This document shows positions 9,664 to 16,143 of a stretch of 32,000 nucleotides of DNA, one piece after another (the stretch's first letter is position 1; every line of letters begins with the position of its first letter). The stretch spans positions 1 to 32,000 of the forward strand of contig JANXZX010000098.1 in the NCBI GenBank assembly GCA_025355325.1, in the 5' to 3' direction. The stretch comes from Geobacteraceae bacterium. GTDB lineage: Bacteria > Desulfobacterota > Desulfuromonadia > Geobacterales > Pseudopelobacteraceae. The position numbers and the translations under genes were made by a program. The notes below the pieces were generated by a model that was not told the origin of the DNA, did not search any database, and was given only the letters and a program-made list of their open reading frames with translations.

Positions 9664-9731
9664 TAAAATTCCTTCAGTGCTAACAAAATAATAACAGCGT
9701 AAGTAAAATAGTGTTTACTTTAAATAAAAAA

Positions 9732-11015
9732 TTATCCCTGTTTCAGCCTGCGAGCCAGCAGTTGGAGCGTGTGTACAACTTCGACATCTGAACCGTGCTG
9801 TTTGAGGCCGTCTGAAAGCTGCATCATGCAGCCGGGGCAACCGGTTGCAACGGCCCTGGCTCCGGTGGCAACTATGGCCTCGCTCTTGGCATCGTTGATA
9901 TTCATGGACGAGTCATAGTGGTACACATTGAATGTCCCCCCCAGACCGCAACATTTATCAGCCCCGTCCATTTCGGACAGCTGGACACCTGGCGTCCCCT
10001 TCAGCAATTCGCGCGGCTGTTTTGTTATTCCGCGTGTACGCAGATGGCACGGATCGTGGTAGGTTATCTGTATCGGCTCACCGGCTCCAGTCTCGGTCGG
10101 ATCAAGCCCAAGCTGCTGTAAAAGCTGGGAGGCATCAACGGTTTTTTTGGCCAGCGCATCCAGCCGCTCCCGAAGCTCAGGGTTGCGCTTGCCAACTACC
10201 AGTGGATACAAACGATGGAGTGCGCCGCCACAGGTAGCGCAGGCGCTCATGACATAATCCACGTCAAATTTTTCAAATTCTTCCAGGTTCTTTTCGGCAA
10301 GATCACGAACAGTTGAGAGGTCCCCACCGGACATCCCGGGCAGTCCGCAGCACTGCTGGCCTTTGGGAATAATTATCGTACAGCCGAGGTGGCGAAACAG
10401 GGCCAACGCCGCCTCACCGACCTCCGTATAAACAAAATTGGTCATGCACCCTACAAAGAAGGCGATGCGCGGCTTGCCAGGTTCTCCCGGAATAACTTCC
10501 GGATGCTGATCAATAAAACTGTTTTTGGCAATTTCAGGGATAAAGCGGGTATTGCCGACAAACGGCATCGGGAAACGCAAACGGAGACCGGAGGTTTCAG
10601 GAACTTTCTTGAAAAACAGCGGGCCGAGCAGCGAGGCCATTTTGGCCCCCATTTTCATGCGGCTTCTGCTTTTTATCACTTGACCGACAGCAGCATGAAA
10701 TGTGGTCAGGCCACGTTTCTTTGCCAGTGATTCCCGGGCGGCGATGACAATCTCGTCGGTAGGCACATCGTTGGGACACTTTTCAACGCAGCTGCCGCAC
10801 AACAGACATTTTGACATGGCCAGATACGTCTGGTCATCCAGTTCAATATCATCCGCCAGAACATGCTGAGCCAGTGCCACCTTTCCACGAGCCACCGCCG
10901 GTTCACGCTGGAATGTCGCAAAGGCAGGGCAGTTGGTACGGCAGGCGCCACATTTAACACATTTTTTCAGTTGATCTTCAACCCGTTTGAGGGGATCGAT
11001 GGTAGTATCAGACAT
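9732..11015 (-). CDS. (Fe-S)-binding oxidoreductase subunit, GlcF/HdrD-like with two CCG domains
   Basis: It has two 4Fe-4S ferredoxin motifs (CVKCGACRTNCP, CLLCGSCVEKCP) and two cysteine-rich CCG motifs (CCGLPG, CCGLGG). Confidence 0.8.
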   Translation of the reverse strand: MSDTTIDPLKRVEDQLKKCVKCGACRTNCPAFATFQREPAVARGKVALAQHVLADDIELDDQTYLAMSKCLLCGSCVEKCPNDVPTDEIVIAARESLAKKRGLTTFHAAVGQVIKSRSRMKMGAKMASLLGPLFFKKVPETSGLRLRFPMPFVGNTRFIPEIAKNSFIDQHPEVIPGEPGKPRIAFFVGCMTNFVYTEVGEAALALFRHLGCTIIIPKGQQCCGLPGMSGGDLSTVRDLAEKNLEEFEKFDVDYVMSACATCGGALHRLYPLVVGKRNPELRERLDALAKKTVDASQLLQQLGLDPTETGAGEPIQITYHDPCHLRTRGITKQPRELLKGTPGVQLSEMDGADKCCGLGGTFNVYHYDSSMNINDAKSEAIVATGARAVATGCPGCMMQLSDGLKQHGSDVEVVHTLQLLARRLKQG

Positions 11016-11032
11016 AGTTTACATTCCTTCTT

Positions 11033-11165
11033 GAAACACTGAGCAACGGAGCAACAGAGAGAACAAACACTGACTTATAGTAAACAATCATGCGGGAGAT
11101 TTACAAGTTGTTTAATCGGTAAAATATCTTTAGATCTTCTCCGTTGCTCTGTTGCTCTGTGTTTT
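11033..11165. repeat. ORF-less copy of the GAGCAAC inverted-repeat pair (arms 11033-11063 and 11136-11165, ~72-bp interior)
   Basis: Arm C reads GAAACACTGAGCAACGGAGCAACAGAGAGAA. The reverse complement of arm D reads AAAACACAGAGCAACAGAGCAACGGAGAAG. This is the same repeat family and the same geometry as the arms flanking the GxxExxY gene. Confidence 0.8.
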
Positions 11166-12485
11166 AAATTGCAGTTTCCAATCGTCCAACGCCACCAATG
11201 CCCGCTCTGCCAACTTCTGCCGCCGTTCCTTCTTTTTTATTTTCCCCGCCAGTTCCGGGAAAAGTCCATAATTCACATTCATCGGCTGGAAATGCTTAAC
11301 ATCAGCATTGGTAATATGGTGCATCAAAGCGCCCAGAGCGGTTTCAGGAGGCGGCACCGGAATCGGCTCGCCCTGCACAAAACATACAGCAGCAATTCCC
11401 GCCAGAAAACCACTGGCAACCGACTCCACATACCCCTCCACCCCGGTAATCTGGCCGGCAAAGAAAATTCTCGGCTGGCTCTTCAACTGCTGCGTATCTT
11501 CAAGCAACGCCGGAGAATTGATAAACGTATTACGGTGCATCGACCCGAGCCGAACAAACTCGACATTTTCAAGCCCCGGAATCATCCTGAAAATTCGGCG
11601 CTGTTCAGGCCAGGTCAGCTTGGTCTGGAAACCGACCAGATTATACATGGTTTTTTCGCGGTTTTCGGCCCGCAACTGGATGACAGCGTGTGCCTCATAA
11701 CCGGTATTCGGATCAATCAACCCGACCGGCTTCATCGGCCCGAAACGAAGCGTTTCCACGCCGCGCGCCGCAAGCTCCTCAACCGGCATACACCCCTCGA
11801 AGTGAACGACCTTCTCAAAATCACGCGCAGGAACCTTCTCGCCGCGCAAAAGTTCATCGACAAAGCGCAGGTATTCATCTTCATTGAGCGGACAGTTAAG
11901 ATAGTCATCGCCATCTCCCTTACCGTAGCGCGAAGCGGCGAACACCTTCGTCATATCGAGAGAATCTGCTGCAACAATCGGAGCGATTGCATCATAAAAG
12001 TACAGCCGGTCACCGGTCAGGTCAGCCAGAGACAAGGCCAGAGCATCACTGGTAAGCGGTCCTGAAGCGATGACAACCGTCCCCTCAGCCGGAATGGCGG
12101 TTGATTCCGCCCGTTCAACCCGTATCAGCGGATGGGACTCAATTTTCCCGGTAACGTAATCGGAAAAAAGTTGTCGATCCACCGCCAGCGCACCGCCTGC
12201 CGGAACAGAGGTTGCTTCGGCCGCCTCCATCGCCAAAGAGCCACAGCGACGCAGCTCTTCTTTAAGCAGGCCCACGGCATTATCAAGCGAAATTCCGCGC
12301 AGGGAGTTGGAGCAGACCAGTTCCGCCAGGCCGGGAAGATGGTGGGCAGGTGAGAACCGCTGCGGTTTCATTTCATGGATAACAACCGAAACGCCGCGCT
12401 GCGCGGCCTGCCAGGCGGCTTCACAGCCAGCAAGGCCGCCGCCGATGATGGTAATTTGTTTCTGTGATTCTATGCTATTTGGCAA
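11130..12485 (-). CDS. trmFO: Methylenetetrahydrofolate--tRNA-(uracil-5-)-methyltransferase TrmFO (Gid)
   Basis: The FAD motif [18 protein letters not shown] is present and Gid/TrmFO-like sequence runs the full length. The start is TTG at 12485 with an AAGGAGA SD. The last ~12 codons ([11 protein letters not shown]) are encoded by repeat arm D. Confidence 0.9.
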   Translation of the reverse strand: MPNSIESQKQITIIGGGLAGCEAAWQAAQRGVSVVIHEMKPQRFSPAHHLPGLAELVCSNSLRGISLDNAVGLLKEELRRCGSLAMEAAEATSVPAGGALAVDRQLFSDYVTGKIESHPLIRVERAESTAIPAEGTVVIASGPLTSDALALSLADLTGDRLYFYDAIAPIVAADSLDMTKVFAASRYGKGDGDDYLNCPLNEDEYLRFVDELLRGEKVPARDFEKVVHFEGCMPVEELAARGVETLRFGPMKPVGLIDPNTGYEAHAVIQLRAENREKTMYNLVGFQTKLTWPEQRRIFRMIPGLENVEFVRLGSMHRNTFINSPALLEDTQQLKSQPRIFFAGQITGVEGYVESVASGFLAGIAAVCFVQGEPIPVPPPETALGALMHHITNADVKHFQPMNVNYGLFPELAGKIKKKERRQKLAERALVALDDWKLQFKTQSNRATEKI

Positions 12486-12544
12486 AGGGCTCTCCTTGAA
12501 TTGTCATGCAACTCTGTATTAGATGATATTCCAATTTCAAATAG

Positions 12545-13054
12545 TTATTCTTCAAACAGAAGCCGCCTTAATCGTTCCAGTCCCTCTGCCGGAAGCCTTC
12601 TGCCGACGGTTGGCCAGACGGAAAGCCACTTCATAAGTTCTTTTGACTCAAGCAATTGTAAACGATGAGCTTCCTCTACAATCCAGAAACTGCCCCGGAA
12701 TGCTACTCCCTCCTCGGAACATCTTTCACGCAATGGTCGATCACCGGCAAGGACAGTATGACCATTCACCTTGGCATGACACAGCGTCATCATATCAATA
12801 GTGCTTACCCCACCCCGACGCATGCCAGTTGCCATGCTGGCCAGATCGCGTGTCGTTTCGACTACAGCAATCCCCGATTGTATTATGTTCTGCACCAAGC
12901 CCGGTTGACTTGCGTGTTCGCATTCATCCAGCACAACATCCAATATCTCGCATGGAGCAATTCGCGGTAATATAGCGATCCCGCCAACGTACTCAAGATC
13001 GATCAGAATACTGGTGTCGGCGAGGAGGATCAAGGCAGTTCCTCCGAAAGCCAT
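12545..13054 (-). CDS. PIN-like nuclease domain protein (putative toxin)
   Basis: Acidic residues follow PIN spacing: LLADTSILIDL, LDECEH, TIDMMTLCHAKVNGHTVLAGDRPL. The ATG at 13054 overlaps the upstream gene by 25 nt. An alternative TTG at 13033 follows GGAGGA by 6 nt and forms a TTGA overlap with the upstream stop. Confidence 0.6.
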   Translation of the reverse strand: MAFGGTALILLADTSILIDLEYVGGIAILPRIAPCEILDVVLDECEHASQPGLVQNIIQSGIAVVETTRDLASMATGMRRGGVSTIDMMTLCHAKVNGHTVLAGDRPLRERCSEEGVAFRGSFWIVEEAHRLQLLESKELMKWLSVWPTVGRRLPAEGLERLRRLLFEE

Positions 13055-14097
13055 TTATTGAGTTCTGTCCGGACGGTGTGGACCGGTTCTCCCAGAACTT
13101 CGGCGGCCTTGGAAGTGGTAATTTTCTCTTCAATCAGGGCCTGATACACCAGCCGGTCAAGTCGGCGAAGAGAATCAGGGGGAGTAAGGTTTATCGGCTC
13201 GTCTTCCTTGCCGTACTTCTCATTTATCTTGGCTATCTGCTGGAACGTCTGACGTGAAGAAATAATACCGAGTTGCCCCGCACGAACCAGAACCGTCCTC
13301 ATGCTTACAGAGTATCGGCGTTTGATGTCACCCAACAGAGAAAACGGCAGCCATCGGTTACGGTAGGGGTGCAGCTCGGCTTCGACCATGTTACGCGGTA
13401 GAAGCACCGCACCCGCCAGAAAATTAGCCGCCTGTTCCCGTGGATCCGTCTTTCCGGATTTCACAGTCGCCACTGCGGGAGCCTGATACTCCTTGCGATG
13501 AAAAATCAGATGGGAAAGCTCGTGGAGCGCCGTGAAATATTGCCGCTCCGTGCGATGATCCGCGTTGACGAAGATCGCTCCGCCGACCTCATCCGTGTAG
13601 GCCGAAAACCCGGAAACTGAGTTCGGCAGCTTTTGCAGAAATACTTTGATTCCCTTACCTTCCAGCAATGACAAAACATCACCAAGCGGGGCATCCTCGA
13701 CACCCAGCCAGTCACGCACCTCGTGTGCCACCTGTTCGACCATATGGGGATCGAATGTGGTTAATGGGCGGGATATCGGCAAATTCGGTAGAGCACCGGC
13801 CAGCTTCTCAATATCGGCGTAATCGCAGGCTTTACGGGTCAGCACTTTTTTAAGACCTGGCGATAACGACTCAGCAGCATCCGCCCGGAACAGCAACACC
13901 GGCTCAGCTTCATTATCCGTCCCGAGCATAACATCAATCGGTACATTCAGAATCCGGCACAGCTTGATGACTTGCTGCATTGAAGGCTCACGATCTCCGC
14001 GTTCCCAGGCAGCAATGGTTTGGCGCGTAACTCCAGCCTGTTCGCCCAGAGACTCCTGTCCTATGCCGGCCAGCTCTCTAACCTCGCGTAAAATCAT
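13030..14097 (-). CDS. XRE-type HTH fused to an ImmA/IrrE-family (COG2856, M78) zinc metallopeptidase
   Basis: The N-terminus is an HTH (LGEQAGVTRQTIAAWERGDREPSMQQVIKLCRILNV). The central region carries the peptidase HExxH motif (YFTALHELSHLIFH). An AAGGA SD lies upstream. Confidence 0.8.
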   Translation of the reverse strand: MILREVRELAGIGQESLGEQAGVTRQTIAAWERGDREPSMQQVIKLCRILNVPIDVMLGTDNEAEPVLLFRADAAESLSPGLKKVLTRKACDYADIEKLAGALPNLPISRPLTTFDPHMVEQVAHEVRDWLGVEDAPLGDVLSLLEGKGIKVFLQKLPNSVSGFSAYTDEVGGAIFVNADHRTERQYFTALHELSHLIFHRKEYQAPAVATVKSGKTDPREQAANFLAGAVLLPRNMVEAELHPYRNRWLPFSLLGDIKRRYSVSMRTVLVRAGQLGIISSRQTFQQIAKINEKYGKEDEPINLTPPDSLRRLDRLVYQALIEEKITTSKAAEVLGEPVHTVRTELNKWLSEELP

Positions 14098-14147
14098 GGG
14101 AGATTCCTTTCTTCCTACTGATCAAATAAGTAAGGGCATTGCATAGC

Positions 14148-14211
14148 ATGTTATATTTATGTAACATTACTTGCATAAAATTGATAATTTTACAACAGCT
14201 AAATGTTACAT
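14148..14211. promoter_or_regulatory. AT-rich promoter/operator region with repeated ATGTTA(C/T)AT motifs upstream of the HTH-ImmA gene
   Basis: ATGTTA (14148-14153) and TAACAT (14162-14167) form an inverted pair, and ATGTTACAT recurs at 14203-14211. They lie 50-115 nt upstream of the ATG at 14097 in the most AT-rich stretch of the window. Confidence 0.3.
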
Positions 14212-14255
14212 TACAAATATTGCTTTCAATCAAGCCACATTCGAACACAACAACG

Positions 14256-14278
14256 AAAAAACCCGGCTTTAAGCCGGG
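14256..14278 (-). terminator. Rho-independent terminator after the HipS-HIRAN gene
   Basis: The stem CCCGGC/GCCGGG (14262-14267/14273-14278) has a 5-nt loop and is followed on the minus strand by a 6-nt U run (14256-14261). It lies 31 nt past the stop at 14310. Confidence 0.75.
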
Positions 14279-14309
14279 CGGCGCTTGGTATATGACTCGA
14301 CAAAAAATC

Positions 14310-15068
14310 TCAGGCGGCAATTGCCAACAATGGCTGAAATTCCGGCGCAGACATCGGTTCATAACTAACAGCCCAGCGGCCTTTGATCTCAATTAGCACC
14401 CGTTGTTTGGATGGTGCAGGTGTAGGGTTCACCTTTACCACAGTAGCCCTGATATCGTTCGGTGATTCACAGATTGCTTGGAACAGGTCTTTAACAAGGT
14501 ATCTGGGTGTCCAGCCGATCATGTGATAGTCGTCAGGTGTCTCCAGCTGAACCGCCAGAACCGTTACCGGGTTATTCAGTTCGATTGCTACCCGCAAATG
14601 CTCACCACTTTGCAATTTCATAAGCCTCTCTTGCGCCGCTGCGTTTACATGCCGCCATCCGTGCAGAAAGAATTTGCAAGCGAACTCCCCATTCTTGCGC
14701 CGTACAGTCTTCGGAAAAACTTCCAGATTATCAGTTTGCCTCTCTCCGCCAGTTAGAGCCAAAATTTCCAGCGGACTGGCATGTTGGGGGTCAAGACCCA
14801 ATTGCTGAATGTAATCCTTAAAATCTTCGCGCCCCTCACCCAGAATTCGGTTACGAAACAGCGGGAAAAGTTCCGATGATTTGTAAATCTTGTGGAAATC
14901 AGGAAATGCGTCAAGCGGCTCCAGCCCCGCACGCTGTCTCGCTATTTCTGCGCCTTGAGTATATTTGAATTCAAAACGTGATCTTGCAATAACGGCATCC
15001 AGACGCCCAATAGGATACCATGCCCGTGTATTCGCTTTATCCTGCCATGCTACAAATAGTGTTTTCAC
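14310..15068 (-). CDS. HipS-like (HipA N-subdomain-like) / HIRAN domain fusion protein, putative antitoxin or sensor partner of the kinase
   Basis: The N-terminal ~120 aa fit the HipA N-terminal pattern (YPIGRL..FEFKY..LFPLFRNRILGEG..LEILALTGGERQTDNLEV). The C-terminal ~110 aa fit HIRAN (LQSGEHLRVAIELNNPVTVLAVQLE..MIGWTPRYL..ATVVKVN). The start is GTG, with a GAGG SD overlapping the kinase stop. Confidence 0.65.
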   Translation of the reverse strand: MKTLFVAWQDKANTRAWYPIGRLDAVIARSRFEFKYTQGAEIARQRAGLEPLDAFPDFHKIYKSSELFPLFRNRILGEGREDFKDYIQQLGLDPQHASPLEILALTGGERQTDNLEVFPKTVRRKNGEFACKFFLHGWRHVNAAAQERLMKLQSGEHLRVAIELNNPVTVLAVQLETPDDYHMIGWTPRYLVKDLFQAICESPNDIRATVVKVNPTPAPSKQRVLIEIKGRWAVSYEPMSAPEFQPLLAIAA

Positions 15069-15077
15069 AGTTGAACC

Positions 15078-15962
15078 TCATTCAATCTTTTCCTGGTAGT
15101 TGCCAACATGTGACAACAGAACCTCTTTCGCGGATGCATCCATCCATTTTACGGGAATACGCTCCACTATGCCAACGATTTCTTCTTCACCCACATGCCT
15201 GAGAAGTTGCAAACAGTGGGAAAAATATTTGGGAAATGACTTGGCTGTTTTCTGAGCCAGCAACAAAGGATTGTCTCTGTCTGTATCAGCTGCATCCCAG
15301 TAAATCCCACCCCGCCCACGCAAAACATAGCGTTCAATGCCGTCTCGCTCAAGGAGTATCCTTTTTCGTTTTTCGTCTCGCAATTCCCGACCCAGCGAAG
15401 AAGCATGGTCAAAAGATGGCGCAATTGAATGCATGGTTTTACCTCGGGAAATCCAACGCAGAAGTCCCCAGTTGTCATGATGGCGGTCGGTGTTGCAAAT
15501 CAATGCATCAAGAACAATGTAGCCGGCTAATATGCGGAGCTGCCCTGACCGCTTGTTCTGCGGGAAGACCCGTTCAACCGCTGTAATGATGTTTTTTATA
15601 CAGTGGTCGCTTTGGCCCCATTGTTTTGACTTCTCATAGTCCGTTATACGCCCTGCCAACACCTCGCTGCCATGAATAAGCTCAAAACCTTTCTTTGTCT
15701 CAACGAACGAGCGGGACGCGCATCCTCGTTGGCCCATGAAGGTTGCCAACTCAACCTGTGCGGCGGGTATTTTCAGAAGCCTCGCCAGCTCCGAAGCAAT
15801 TTTCTCCGACCAATCTTCGCCGGTGTTTTCTCTGGTGAATTTGAACAACCATGGCTGAGTGTCACCTTGCAAACGAAACCAGAACTTTGGTTTGCTGCCG
15901 AGTTGTTCAATGACCTCGGGGCTGTCTGATTGGAGTTCAAGGATTTTGAAAGGTTCAGTCAT
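15078..15962 (-). CDS. HipA-family Ser/Thr kinase, core kinase domain only (putative toxin)
   Basis: HipA_C hallmarks are present: LGSKPKFW, the catalytic loop CNTDRHHDNWG, and APSFDHASSLG. I prefer the ATG at 15962 (MTEPFKIL), because the in-frame upstream ATG at 16064 lies inside the predicted promoter just after the topA terminator. Confidence 0.8.
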   Translation of the reverse strand: MTEPFKILELQSDSPEVIEQLGSKPKFWFRLQGDTQPWLFKFTRENTGEDWSEKIASELARLLKIPAAQVELATFMGQRGCASRSFVETKKGFELIHGSEVLAGRITDYEKSKQWGQSDHCIKNIITAVERVFPQNKRSGQLRILAGYIVLDALICNTDRHHDNWGLLRWISRGKTMHSIAPSFDHASSLGRELRDEKRKRILLERDGIERYVLRGRGGIYWDAADTDRDNPLLLAQKTAKSFPKYFSHCLQLLRHVGEEEIVGIVERIPVKWMDASAKEVLLSHVGNYQEKIE

Positions 15963-16040
15963 GGTAAATTTTCCTGCATCTATGATTGGCCTACCGTCTT
16001 CGTCCCCAAAATCGGATCTGACTCTCAATTTTTTTGGCAG

Positions 16041-16068
16041 ATTATACGCAGGCCAAGCACGCATGCAA
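16041..16068 (-). promoter_or_regulatory. Candidate sigma70 promoter of the kinase/HipS-HIRAN operon
   Basis: The minus strand reads TTGCAT(16068-16063)-16 nt-TATAAT(16046-16041), with a perfect -10. It lies 5 nt after the topA terminator and about 80 nt upstream of the ATG at 15962. Confidence 0.55.
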
Positions 16069-16073
16069 GCAAG

Positions 16074-16099
16074 AAAAAAGGCGGGGGTTTCTCCCCGCC
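16074..16099 (-). terminator. Rho-independent terminator of topA
   Basis: The stem GGCGGGG/CCCCGCC (16080-16086/16093-16099) is followed on the minus strand by a 6-nt U run (16074-16079). It lies 45 nt past the topA stop. Confidence 0.8.
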
Positions 16100-16143
16100 T
16101 TTAAAGCGATCTTAACGCCAGAAGGCTGTTGTCGATACTATCT

